A DNA stretch of 64,000 nt from NCBI GenBank assembly GCA_964459835.1, contig CAYWPA010000004.1:7765-71764 (forward strand), read 5' to 3'. The DNA is from an uncultured Methanosarcinales archaeon (lineage in GTDB: Archaea; Nanobdellota; Nanobdellia; Woesearchaeales; UBA12501). Shown one piece after another: positions 43,995 through 53,533 of the stretch. Under the pieces are notes generated by a model, which saw only the letters and a program-made list of their open reading frames with translations, was not told the DNA's origin and ran no database searches. Both the position numbers and the translations under genes were made by a program. Numbering within the stretch: position 1 is the stretch's first letter; the number at the start of each line of letters is the position of its first letter.

Positions 43995-44165
43995 CTAGTA
44001 TTTCTTTTTGCTTGCGTAGCATTCTTTGCAAAAAACATCTCTGCCTTCCTGTGGCTTAAATGGAACTTCACATTCCTTTCCACATTCAGCGCAGGTTGCT
44101 TTATGCATTTCTCTCGGTCCAAAATCCCTTCTGAAACCGCCGCTTCTGCCGCCGAAGTTTTTCAT
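43995..44165 (-). CDS. CxxC-x17-CxxC zinc-binding small protein
   Basis: MKNFGGRSGGFRRDFGPREMHKATCAECGKECEVPFKPQEGRDVFCKECY. GGAGG upstream of the second ATG. Confidence 0.6.
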   Translation of the reverse strand: MKNFGGRSGGFRRDFGPREMHKATCAECGKECEVPFKPQEGRDVFCKECYASKKKY

Positions 44166-44285
44166 TTTTTCCTCCAATATAATTCCTTAACAGAAATAGA
44201 TTCTATTAGGTTTTAGCTTGGAGATGAATATCCTATTTATAAAGCTTACGGTTTTAATGGCTATAACCCACTTATACAGCCCACA

Positions 44286-44303
44286 AAAACCTTTTTAAAT
44301 AAG
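44286..44303 (+). promoter_or_regulatory. BRE/TATA-like box upstream of ileS
   Basis: AAAACCTTTTTAAATAAG lies about 25-30 nt upstream of the ATG at 44322. Confidence 0.4.
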
Positions 44304-44321
44304 CTCTGAATAGGAAAGGGC

Positions 44322-47300
44322 ATGGAAAGGATAGGCAATTATGACCCATTGGAAATAGAGCCTAGGATACTTGAATTCTGGCAAAAGCACGATATCTACA
44401 AAAAAGCAAAGAAAAAAGCCAATGGAAAAAAGTTCTACTACCTTGACGGACCTCCGTACACATCAGGAAGGATCCATATAGGCCATGCTTGGGGAAGGGC
44501 ATTAAGGGACAGCTTGCTAAGATACAAAAGAATGCAGGGCTTTGATGTTTGGGACAGGGCTGGATTTGATATGCATGGATTGCCTACAGAGCATGCCACG
44601 CAGAAAAAGCTTGGCATCAAAGACAAGGAAGACATTGAAAAGTTTGGAATGGAGAAGTTTATCAAAGAGTGCAAAAAACTGTCAGTAGAAAACATGCATT
44701 TAATGATAAAAGATTTCATAAGATTAGCCATATGGATTGATTTTGAAAATCCATATATGCCGATAAACAATTCTTACATAGAAGGAGTATGGTGGCTGAT
44801 AAAAAAAGCACATGAAAATGACAGGTTGTATCAGGGATTAAAGACAATGCCGTGGTGCTTTGACTGCTCTACTGCTGTTGCAAAGCATGAGCTGGAGTAT
44901 GAAACAGTAAATGACAATTCTATTTTTTTAAAATTCAGATTAATAGGAGACAAGGAAGAATACTTAATAGTTTGGACAACTACAGCATGGACAATCCCAT
45001 TTAACCTTGCGGTCATGGTTAATCCGAAAGTAGACTATGTAAAGTGCAGCGCTGATGGAGAAATATGGATTGTTGCAAGAGATTTGATTGAATCTGTCAG
45101 CGAAATAACAAAAAAGAATTTACAGATAGTTGAAATAATCAAAGGAAAAGATTTGGAAGGGCTAAAATATACACATCCTTTTGAAAATGAGATTTATTTC
45201 TTTAAGGAAATTGAAAAAAAGAACAACAAAGTGCATACTGTTGTCTTAAGCGAAGAGTTTGTTGAGACAAGCTCAGGAACCGGATTGGTACACTGCGCAC
45301 CTGGATGCGGGCCTGAGGATTATGAAGTAGGGCATAGAAACGGATTGCCTCCTTTTAACAATGTTGATGAAAAAGGGCTGTTCAAAGATATGGGAAGGTT
45401 TACAGGATGGAAGGCAAAACTAGACGATAAAAAGTTCATAGAAGCTCTGGATGAAAAAGGCGTTCTGACAGCTAATAAGAAAATAAGCCATGACTATCCT
45501 CACTGCTGGAGATGCAAGAATCCAGTGATATTCCGTGCAACTACGCAATGGTTCTTCAAGATAGAAGACTTGAAGGAAAATATGAAAGAGATAAACAAAG
45601 ATATAAAATGGGTGCCTGACTGGGCAGGAAGCAGGCAGTTCCATTCATGGCTTGATAATTTAAGGGACAACAACATTACAAAGCAGAGGTACTGGGGCAC
45701 GCCGTTGCCTGTTTGGCAGGCAGATGACGGAGATTATATCGTCGTAGGCGATGCAAAAGAGCTAAAAAAGCTTGCAGGAGAAGTTCCTGAAGACCTTCAT
45801 AAGCCGTGGATCGACAATGTGATTATAAGGAAAAATGGAAAAGAGTACAAAAAAATCCCAGATGTTCTTGATGTATGGGTTGACGCAGGCTGCGCATCAT
45901 GGCTGTGCCTTGATTATCCTGTAAGAAAAGATTTGTTTGAAGAATTATTCCCTGCAGACTTTATTCTGGAAGGAAAAGACCAGATAAGAGGATGGTTTAA
46001 TTTATTATTCATTGCTTCAATGGTTAGCATGAACAAGCATTCTTTCAATGCAGTATACATGCATGGCTTTGTGCAGGATTCACAGGGAAGAAAAATGTCA
46101 AAATCTTTGGGAAACATAATCTCCCCTGATGAAGTCATTTCAAAATACGGGGCAGATACTTTAAGATATTACCTGATTGGTGGGGCTAATGCAGGTGTTG
46201 ACATCAATTATAATTTTGATGATATGAAAGTGAAGTACAGGAATTTGTCTGTTTTATGGAACCTGCACAAGTATGTGATAGATTTGAAAAATGAAGGAGT
46301 AAAGCTTGTAAAAAAGCCGAAAGCAGGCATAGAAGAGCAGTACATGCTTTCGCTTCTTAATTCAAAGATAAGCGAAATAACAAAGCTGTTTGATGAGTTC
46401 AGAATTAATGAAGTTCCATCGAAAGTAGAGGAAATATTCCTTGAGCTGTCCAGGACATACATACAGCTTACAAGGGACAAGGCAGCAGGCTCAAAGGAAG
46501 AAAAAGAGGCTGTTTTCTGCACAGTGTACTATGCATTAACACAATGCCTGAAATTATTCACTCCAATAGCGCCTTATATCTGCGAAGAGATATACAAGAA
46601 TCTAAAAGATGCCTTTGGATTGAAGGAAGAAAGCATCAGCCTGTATGAATGGCCAAAGGCAAACAAAAAGATGATTAATAAGGAGCTGGAAAGCCACATG
46701 GAAACAGCAAAAACGCTTATTCAGGCAGTGTTGCATGCAAGGGAAAAAGCACATCTTGGTGTAAGATGGCCATTGAAAGAGATAACTATTGCGACAAAGA
46801 GCAAAGAAATAAAAGAAGCCGCAAAAAAATTAAAAGAGCTTATTAAATCGCAGGCAAATGTCAAGGATGTTTTAGTCAAAGAAGATATGGGAATAAAAAA
46901 GAAAATCATGTTTGACTACAAAAAAATCCAGCCAGACTTCAAGGAAAAGACAACTGCTTTGCTTGCAAGATTAGCAATGATCCCGCAGAAAGACATTATT
47001 GAAAAAATAGAAAAAGAAGGGGAGTATTCAATTATAGTTGATTCACAATCATTTAAGCTGGAAAAAAAGCACTTGATGATTGAAAAAGAGATTCCTGGAA
47101 AAGTTGTTGATGTAGAAATCAAGGATGCAGAGATCTATCTGAATCTGGAAAGGGATGAGAAACTTGTTGCAGAAGGCTTTACAAGGGAGATAGCAAGAAG
47201 GATACAGGCATTGAGAAAGGATAATGGCTTAACAAAAGATATGAAGATAGGGCTTTATATAAAAGCACCCCAAGAGCTGGAAAAAGGCATAGGGATATTT

Positions 47301-47435
47301 AAGAAACAGCTTCAGGAAAAGGTAGGTGCAGGCTCTTTGGCAGTTTCAAGCCTTGAAAGTAGTAAAAAGCATAAGATTAATAAAGAAGAAGTTATTAAAG
47401 ACAAGAAGTTCTTGATATCGTTCGACGTAATGTAA
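44322..47435 (+). CDS. ileS: Isoleucine--tRNA ligase
   Basis: HIGH (GRIHIGHAWG), KMSKS, CP1 editing domain. Confidence 0.97.
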   Translation: MERIGNYDPLEIEPRILEFWQKHDIYKKAKKKANGKKFYYLDGPPYTSGRIHIGHAWGRALRDSLLRYKRMQGFDVWDRAGFDMHGLPTEHATQKKLGIKDKEDIEKFGMEKFIKECKKLSVENMHLMIKDFIRLAIWIDFENPYMPINNSYIEGVWWLIKKAHENDRLYQGLKTMPWCFDCSTAVAKHELEYETVNDNSIFLKFRLIGDKEEYLIVWTTTAWTIPFNLAVMVNPKVDYVKCSADGEIWIVARDLIESVSEITKKNLQIVEIIKGKDLEGLKYTHPFENEIYFFKEIEKKNNKVHTVVLSEEFVETSSGTGLVHCAPGCGPEDYEVGHRNGLPPFNNVDEKGLFKDMGRFTGWKAKLDDKKFIEALDEKGVLTANKKISHDYPHCWRCKNPVIFRATTQWFFKIEDLKENMKEINKDIKWVPDWAGSRQFHSWLDNLRDNNITKQRYWGTPLPVWQADDGDYIVVGDAKELKKLAGEVPEDLHKPWIDNVIIRKNGKEYKKIPDVLDVWVDAGCASWLCLDYPVRKDLFEELFPADFILEGKDQIRGWFNLLFIASMVSMNKHSFNAVYMHGFVQDSQGRKMSKSLGNIISPDEVISKYGADTLRYYLIGGANAGVDINYNFDDMKVKYRNLSVLWNLHKYVIDLKNEGVKLVKKPKAGIEEQYMLSLLNSKISEITKLFDEFRINEVPSKVEEIFLELSRTYIQLTRDKAAGSKEEKEAVFCTVYYALTQCLKLFTPIAPYICEEIYKNLKDAFGLKEESISLYEWPKANKKMINKELESHMETAKTLIQAVLHAREKAHLGVRWPLKEITIATKSKEIKEAAKKLKELIKSQANVKDVLVKEDMGIKKKIMFDYKKIQPDFKEKTTALLARLAMIPQKDIIEKIEKEGEYSIIVDSQSFKLEKKHLMIEKEIPGKVVDVEIKDAEIYLNLERDEKLVAEGFTREIARRIQALRKDNGLTKDMKIGLYIKAPQELEKGIGIFKKQLQEKVGAGSLAVSSLESSKKHKINKEEVIKDKKFLISFDVM

Positions 47436-47442
47436 TGGAAAA

Positions 47443-48354
47443 ATGGTAGAGCTGAAATTAAACATAAAAAAGCAGAACATACAGGTTTTCAATGATGTTC
47501 ATGATAAAGAGCAGGCTACTCAGATGGTTGAGTCTGTAAAAAAGAAGGCTTTTGGGGTTATCTCAGGCCTTATGAGGGCTTTTGAAAAAACAAAAGGAGA
47601 TATATCAATAACACATTATGAAAAAAGGTATGAGCCTTTCTGGCATGTTATTGGGGAGAGCTATATGGAGTACCTAAGGCAGACAGACTATGGGTTTGAA
47701 GTAAAGCCTGAGGTAAGAAGCGTTAAGATAAACAACAAAGTTTTCCAGATTGATGAAAACTCCCCTTTCTGTAGAGTTGATGGGGAAGACCATTGTGTTG
47801 AGAAGTTTGAAAAAGAAGTAATCGCTGACGCAAGCGACGGAAAAGACAAGAGCCTGAAAAAGTATCTTGAGTTTGAAAGCTACCAAATAAAGCAGACAGA
47901 AGACTTAATGAAAGATGCTGTTGTTCTTCCTGCAAAAATAAGGGCTTCTTTTTTGATAAGAGATCTGATAAAAGAATTGCTTAAGCCGATACATGCTGAC
48001 AAGGTTCTGCAGGAATATGTTGAGATAAAGAAGCTTTGCCTTTACTTCAGGCCTATTCATGCATTTGAATTGACGCAGACATCGAATAATTCTACAAGAG
48101 TGCTGGAAGTTGATGCTTTAACAGGAGAGATAACAAGAGGAAGCGTCTTCAAAACATCATTCAAGGAGCTTGTTCCTGAAGGGGCATTATTTGATATTGG
48201 AGGAGAGCTGGCTTCTTATGTAATCCCTGGCGCAGGGCTTGGCGTTGGAATCGGCAAAGTAGTCATGAAAAAGCAGAAGCATAAAAAGGCAGTTGAAGAA
48301 ATGAAAAAATCCAGGGCTGCAATGGAAGAGAATAAGTCGAAGAGGAAAAATTAG
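47443..48354 (+). CDS. Hypothetical protein (303 aa) with a C-terminal Gly-rich hydrophobic segment and a basic tail
   Basis: Starts 7 nt after ileS. ...ASYVIPGAGLGVGIGKVVMKKQKHKK. Confidence 0.55.
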   Translation: MVELKLNIKKQNIQVFNDVHDKEQATQMVESVKKKAFGVISGLMRAFEKTKGDISITHYEKRYEPFWHVIGESYMEYLRQTDYGFEVKPEVRSVKINNKVFQIDENSPFCRVDGEDHCVEKFEKEVIADASDGKDKSLKKYLEFESYQIKQTEDLMKDAVVLPAKIRASFLIRDLIKELLKPIHADKVLQEYVEIKKLCLYFRPIHAFELTQTSNNSTRVLEVDALTGEITRGSVFKTSFKELVPEGALFDIGGELASYVIPGAGLGVGIGKVVMKKQKHKKAVEEMKKSRAAMEENKSKRKN

Positions 48355-49079
48355 AACAGCTTCCTAACTATATCCATCGTATACAAAATAATTGCCTGTG
48401 ACTGGTCTTTTGTCGGCTGAAAGGCTTCCTGCTTCTTATGCACAGAGAATATTCTTGCCTGGTTTATCAAGTGTATTTGCTGGGTAATTGCAGGGTCTAG
48501 CTCTACATTCTTTTCCTTTAATTTCGCGACTAAGTTTCCTAAACCAATTCCAGGGCTTTTCTCCAGAATATCCTGGCCTGTTTCCTCGAAATACTTCCTG
48601 TGCAAAGCAGTTTCCAATATCCTTCCACACATCACAACAGCGCTTCTGTAGCATCCTGTTTCATAGCATTTCTTTATCTCTCCTATGTCTGCTGTTACGT
48701 CTGATTTTATTTCCGCAGGCAGCCTTGGAATTGAGAACGACAAAGAAGGCTTTGTTCCTTTTTTCTGCAGGTACTCTCTTATCTTTTCTATTTCCTCTAT
48801 TATTGATTTTGCACTCAGCCTTTGCTCAGAAATGTTTTTGATATGCTGGTTTACGCTTTCTGCAGAATTCCCCTCTAAAACAAGCGAAACATTGAATCTG
48901 CTTAATTCATCAATGCTGGCTGCTATTGTGTTTTTATAATATGCGACCTGGCTTTCCTTAAAGTCATGAAAAGCCTTTTTCTGGTCAATATCTGCTGTCA
49001 GGTCTATTTCTCTTTCAAGAACGGCATTTGCAGCATTATGAAGCCTGTCCAATACTCCTGAAAAATACTGTTGTGGCAT
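48351..49079 (-). CDS. DUF4145-like domain protein
   Basis: C-terminal half ...CYETGCYRSAVVMCGRILETALHRKY...IHLINQARIFSVH resembles DUF4145. Confidence 0.45.
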   Translation of the reverse strand: MPQQYFSGVLDRLHNAANAVLEREIDLTADIDQKKAFHDFKESQVAYYKNTIAASIDELSRFNVSLVLEGNSAESVNQHIKNISEQRLSAKSIIEEIEKIREYLQKKGTKPSLSFSIPRLPAEIKSDVTADIGEIKKCYETGCYRSAVVMCGRILETALHRKYFEETGQDILEKSPGIGLGNLVAKLKEKNVELDPAITQQIHLINQARIFSVHKKQEAFQPTKDQSQAIILYTMDIVRKLF

Positions 49080-49167
49080 AAAGTAGCTGTTGCTTAATGT
49101 GTTTATATGTTTTTTGGCACGGTTTTTATAAGTAAACTATTTAAATCAGGGCAATTGCAACAATCCT

Positions 49168-49485
49168 ATGGCAATTAAGGATGTTTCTGTTGAACAGGCA
49201 GAAAAGATAGCTGAAAAGCAAGACACAGTTATACTGGATGTAAGGACTCCTGAAGAGTTTGCAGACGGCAGAATAGACGGAGCTGTAAACATAAACTGCT
49301 ATGATGATGATTTTGCAGACAGGCTGAATATGATGGATAAGAATAAGAAATTCCTTGTCTACTGCGAGCATGGCAGAAGAAGCCAAAATGCTGCTTTCTT
49401 AATGGAAGAATTAGGCTTCAAAGATATAAACAATATGCTTGGAGGCTTTGCTGAGTGGGAAGAAAAAGGAAAGCCTGTTGAGTAA
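49168..49485 (+). CDS. Single-domain rhodanese
   Basis: Active-site loop CEHGRRS. Confidence 0.85.
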   Translation: MAIKDVSVEQAEKIAEKQDTVILDVRTPEEFADGRIDGAVNINCYDDDFADRLNMMDKNKKFLVYCEHGRRSQNAAFLMEELGFKDINNMLGGFAEWEEKGKPVE

Positions 49486-49486
49486 A

Positions 49487-49711
49487 ATGGAATTAAAAGA
49501 AATAAAAAACAAAATTGAAGCTGGTTTGCCTGGCGCAGAGGCTGAAATAAAAGATCCGAGAAAAGACGGAGTGCATCTAAAGGCAATTATCAGGTACAAA
49601 GGCTTTAAGGGAAAGTCTTTGATAGAGCAGCACAGGATGGTTTACGCAACATTAAAAGATGAGCTAAAGGAAGAGCTTCATGCTCTTGCCATTGAAACAA
49701 AAGCAGAATAA
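49487..49711 (+). CDS. BolA-family protein
   Basis: ...DGVHLKAII....F.GKSLIEQHRMVY..L. Confidence 0.75.
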   Translation: MELKEIKNKIEAGLPGAEAEIKDPRKDGVHLKAIIRYKGFKGKSLIEQHRMVYATLKDELKEELHALAIETKAE

Positions 49712-49720
49712 GTGATAAAC

Positions 49721-50032
49721 ATGGACAAAGCGCTAAAAAACAAAATAGAAGAGATTATTAAATCAAAAAAAGTATTTCTTTTTATGAAAGGAACTCCTGC
49801 TGCTCCTGAATGCGGCTTTTCAATGAAGGTTACAGAGATTCTAAAGAAGCTTAAGGTTGATTTTGGGTATTTCAATATTTTTGATGACGAGGAGATAAGG
49901 CAGGGGATAAAAGAGTATGCTGACTGGCCCACTATACCTCAGCTTTATATTAACGGAGAGTTTATAGGAGGATGCGATATAGCTGTCCAGCTCTTTGAGT
50001 CAGGAGAGCTGCAGAAGATGCTTGGGAAATGA
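49721..50032 (+). CDS. Monothiol (CGFS) glutaredoxin, Grx4 family
   Basis: KGTPAAPECGFS, WPTIPQLYINGEFIGGCD. Confidence 0.9.
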   Translation: MDKALKNKIEEIIKSKKVFLFMKGTPAAPECGFSMKVTEILKKLKVDFGYFNIFDDEEIRQGIKEYADWPTIPQLYINGEFIGGCDIAVQLFESGELQKMLGK

Positions 50033-50781
50033 AGCTTATATCTTGGAATGTAAATGGGATAAGGGCAATACTTAAGAAAGGCTTTCTTGATTTTGCAAAG
50101 AAAGAAAAGCCTGACATACTTTGCCTGCAGGAAATAAAGGCGCATCCAAGCCAGGTTGATTCTATTCTTGAGGATTATGAGCAGTTTTGGAGTGATGCAA
50201 AGAAAAAAGGATATTCCGGAACAGCCGTTTTTTCAAAGAAAAAGCCAAAGTCTGTAAGTTATGGCATTGGCATTAAAGAGCATGGCAATGAAGGAAGGGT
50301 TATAACACTTGAGTTTGATAAGTTTTTTCTTGTCAATGTTTATGTTCCAAATGCACAAAGAGGATTAACAAGATTAAAATACAGGCAGAAGTGGGATAAA
50401 GACTTTCTTGCTTACTTAAAAAAGCTTGAAAAGAAAAAGCCTGTTGTTTTCTGCGGCGACTTAAATGTTGCGCACAAGGAGATTGACTTAGCAAACCCAA
50501 AGGCAAATGTGAAGAACGCAGGCTTTACTCCTGAAGAAAGGGCTGGGTTTTCAAAAATAATTGACTCTGGATTTGTTGATACGTTCAGAGAGTTTCACAA
50601 AGAAGCTGGGCAGTATTCATGGTGGACATATAGGTTTAATGCACGTGCAAAGAATATTGGCTGGCGTATTGACTATTTCTGCGTCTCTAAAAGGTTCATG
50701 AAGAATGTCAAGGATTCTTACATATTGCCTAAAGTCATTGGCTCTGACCATGCCCCTGTTGTTTTAGAGCTGAAGAAATAA
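50029..50781 (+). CDS. xth: Exodeoxyribonuclease III
   Basis: MKLISWNVNGIRA, LCLQE, GDLNVAH, SDHAPV. Confidence 0.95.
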   Translation: MKLISWNVNGIRAILKKGFLDFAKKEKPDILCLQEIKAHPSQVDSILEDYEQFWSDAKKKGYSGTAVFSKKKPKSVSYGIGIKEHGNEGRVITLEFDKFFLVNVYVPNAQRGLTRLKYRQKWDKDFLAYLKKLEKKKPVVFCGDLNVAHKEIDLANPKANVKNAGFTPEERAGFSKIIDSGFVDTFREFHKEAGQYSWWTYRFNARAKNIGWRIDYFCVSKRFMKNVKDSYILPKVIGSDHAPVVLELKK

Positions 50782-50916
50782 CAGTATTTCTGTGTTGCTG
50801 GGCGCTAATGAAAGGATTCTTTTGAACATATTGTCTCTTATTTATTATTTGTTTAAAATTGTTTCTAAAATAAACTAAACAAAACATATATAAACAGTGT
50901 TTTCCAAACAGCACCC

Positions 50917-51408
50917 ATGGGAATAAAAAGCCGCTTAAGCAGGATAGCAGAAGTTACCATGAAAAAGCCATATAGGGCATTGTTCATCCTTATAGCTGCA
51001 GCATACCTTATTATTGACATTATAATAAACCAAATATATGTTACATTCCCCTACCTTTTGAATTACAATCTTTATTTTGTCATTCCATCAATTTTACTAA
51101 TGCTTTTGTCTGCAGTGCTTGTTGGGATAAGCATGAACCTTATAGTTGTCAAATTTAAAGAAATGAGGCAGCTAAATAAGGAAAGCGGGCTTACTGCAGC
51201 CGGCATGTTCGCAGGAATTCTCGGTGGCGCATGCCCTAGCTGTTTTGTGGGGCTTTTTCCGGCCTTTATAGGCCTGTTTGGCATAACAGCCTCTTTAAGC
51301 AGCCTTCCTTTGTATGGAATAGAAATACAGATAGGCTCTGTGCTTCTTCTTGGAATAGCAATCTTCTTTCTAACTGGCAGCAATACATGCAAGGTAAAAA
51401 AGAAATAA
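50917..51408 (+). CDS. Membrane protein with an intramembrane GGACPSC motif
   Basis: Four TM helices with a CxxC inside helix 3. Start may be the internal MKKPY. Confidence 0.55.
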   Translation: MGIKSRLSRIAEVTMKKPYRALFILIAAAYLIIDIIINQIYVTFPYLLNYNLYFVIPSILLMLLSAVLVGISMNLIVVKFKEMRQLNKESGLTAAGMFAGILGGACPSCFVGLFPAFIGLFGITASLSSLPLYGIEIQIGSVLLLGIAIFFLTGSNTCKVKKK

Positions 51409-51449
51409 ATTTATAAATCTCTATTCCCAGAATCCATATAGGTGATATA

Positions 51450-51503
51450 GTGCCTCCTAAAAAAAAGAAATCTAAAAAAAAGAATGTATGCGAGTATTGC
51501 TAA
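51450..51503 (+). CDS. Candidate 17-aa peptide MPPKKKKSKKKNVCEYC
   Basis: GTG start 5 nt after GGTGA. Stop lies 3 nt before the next ATG (51507). Confidence 0.25.
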   Translation: MPPKKKKSKKKNVCEYC

Positions 51504-51506
51504 AAA

Positions 51507-52352
51507 ATGCACAGGAGCAATATTGTACTAATAGTTTTGTTTATTTTACTAGCTTCTTTTGTTTTTGCCCATGTGGTTGAAGAAGATTACGATGTTGTTG
51601 ATTATTCTGATAGGGCTGACCATGAAATAAAGGACAATTCATTGCTATTGCTTCTTATTGCATCTGTTATTGTCATCATTGCAGTTTCTTTTGCCCTTTA
51701 CCTAAATAAGTTCCCAAAAGTTTTTGCAAAGCACAAGACAATGCTGTTCTTAAGCATTACAGTACCTGTTATTCTTGCTTCTGCTTATCTAATAGGCGGA
51801 ACAATCTACCTCAATAATATCTCAACGACCCAAGGGCCTATCCACTGGCATGCTGATTTTGAAATATATAATTGCGGAGAAAAAGTTGAACTAACTCAAC
51901 CAGAAGGTTTATCCAACAGAATTGGAACTCCTGTTTTCCATGAGCATGGAGATTTAAGAATTCATGTAGAAGGTGTTGTAGTCAATTACCGTGATGTCAG
52001 CCTTGGTAACTTTTTTAGTGCTATAGGCGGCGAATTGACAAAAGAGAGCATGACCGTTCCAACTGCTAGCGGCAAATTATTTGTAAATAACGGCGATAAG
52101 TGCAATGGAAAAGAAGGAAGGTTGCAGGTTTTCTTGTATAAGGTTGCAAACCCTGATCCTGCAAAGAAAACAGGATTTGTTTACAGGCAGGAAAAATTGG
52201 AAGAATTTACTAATTATGTTTTATCCCCTTATGCTTATGTTCCTCCCGGAGACTGCATAATCATAGAGTTTGACGAGGAAAAGGAAAAAACAGATAAGAT
52301 ATGTGAAACTTATAAGATAGCAATAGAAAAAGGTGATTTAACTGGCAGTTGA
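51507..52352 (+). CDS. Membrane-anchored protein with a His/Cys-rich extracytoplasmic domain
   Basis: Three hydrophobic segments, then GPIHWHADFEIYNCGEKV...PVFHEHGDLRIHVEG...GDKCNG...GDCII. Confidence 0.55.
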   Translation: MHRSNIVLIVLFILLASFVFAHVVEEDYDVVDYSDRADHEIKDNSLLLLLIASVIVIIAVSFALYLNKFPKVFAKHKTMLFLSITVPVILASAYLIGGTIYLNNISTTQGPIHWHADFEIYNCGEKVELTQPEGLSNRIGTPVFHEHGDLRIHVEGVVVNYRDVSLGNFFSAIGGELTKESMTVPTASGKLFVNNGDKCNGKEGRLQVFLYKVANPDPAKKTGFVYRQEKLEEFTNYVLSPYAYVPPGDCIIIEFDEEKEKTDKICETYKIAIEKGDLTGS

Positions 52353-52392
52353 AGCTTATCTTCCAACATTAGGAGTAGTTGTAACAACAGCT

Positions 52393-53052
52393 TTGATAGA
52401 TGCAATTAATCCTTGTGCTATTGGCGTATTGATATTGATGATATCTGTATTACTTGGAGCAAAACAAAGCACAAAAAAAATGCTGCTTCTGGGTGGCTTG
52501 TACATCTTATCAGTGTTTACTGTGTATTTAATTGCTGGGTTAGGATTAACATACTTCTTTGCAACTATTCCTTTGGCAGCTGCAGAGTACATATCTATTG
52601 CAGTCGGCAGCTTAATAATCTTTGCAGGCATTTTAGAGATAAAGGACTTCTTCTGGTATGGAAGATGGTTTTCCCTTACTATTCCTGCAAGGTTTGCAAG
52701 CAAAATTCATGTATATTCAACCAGAGTTACAGTTCCTGGAGTCATTTTCCTTGGAGCCTTTGTCTCTGCTGTTGAGCTACCATGCACAGGAGCTCCTTAC
52801 TTAGCTATAATCACATTGCTTTCACAATACTTTGACTTTACAGCATTTATGCTGCTTGTATTGTACAATATTTTGTTTGTCTCACCTTTGATTGTTATTT
52901 TGATTATGGTAGCAAGTGGAAAGAAATTGTATGAAATAAAGAGATGGAAACAGGAAAAGAGAGGCCATATGAGACTGGCAATTGGTTTATTATTAATTGC
53001 AATGGGCTGGCTGCTGATATTGATTGCAAACGGAACAATAAATTTTGGGTAG
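52393..53052 (+). CDS. CcdA/DsbD-like thiol-disulfide transmembrane electron transporter
   Basis: IDAINPCAIGVL in TM1 and ELPCTGAPYL in TM4. TTG start. The upstream in-frame region has no ATG. Confidence 0.65.
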   Translation: MIDAINPCAIGVLILMISVLLGAKQSTKKMLLLGGLYILSVFTVYLIAGLGLTYFFATIPLAAAEYISIAVGSLIIFAGILEIKDFFWYGRWFSLTIPARFASKIHVYSTRVTVPGVIFLGAFVSAVELPCTGAPYLAIITLLSQYFDFTAFMLLVLYNILFVSPLIVILIMVASGKKLYEIKRWKQEKRGHMRLAIGLLLIAMGWLLILIANGTINFG

Positions 53053-53059
53053 AGGAAAC

Positions 53060-53380
53060 ATGAAAATAATAAAAGCAAAACAAAAAAAAGAGGCAAAAGA
53101 AAAGGTATGCATACGCTGCATTGTAAAGAGAAAAGGCCATACAGAGGAGTTTGATGAGAGAAAGGTTTATGCATCCTGCTATGCAGCTTGTCTGAGTGCG
53201 CACATGAAGCCTGAAGAAGCAGAGAAGGTCTGCGAGAAAGTATGCAAGGAAATCAAAAAATGGGTTAATGACAAGCCTTCAGTAACTTCAAAGCAGATCC
53301 ATACTGAAACTGCAAAAGCAATAAGAAAGCATGACAAGAATGCTGCATTTATGTATGAGACGCATAAAGACATAGCATAG
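53060..53380 (+). CDS. Stand-alone ATP-cone domain protein
   Basis: VKRKGHTEEFDERKV...IHTETAKAIRKHDKNAAFMY. Confidence 0.6.
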   Translation: MKIIKAKQKKEAKEKVCIRCIVKRKGHTEEFDERKVYASCYAACLSAHMKPEEAEKVCEKVCKEIKKWVNDKPSVTSKQIHTETAKAIRKHDKNAAFMYETHKDIA

Positions 53381-53533
53381 ATTAGTGATTCATAGTAATG
53401 TTCAGAGTTTTTTAGAAACCACTAGACATTGTTATTCTTGGTTTATAGGCTGTGCAGCAGCTGAATTCTTTGTTTTTAGCCTTCACTGGACACTGGACTT
53501 TGCCAAGTGAGGTATTTAAAGGAATCATGCTAA

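Noticed and set aside
52356-52775. ORFs 52356..52703 (minus) and 52413..52775 (plus, alternative frame)
   Set aside because: They overlap the CcdA-like frame, which has the two diagnostic intramembrane Cys motifs. The alternatives lack any motif.
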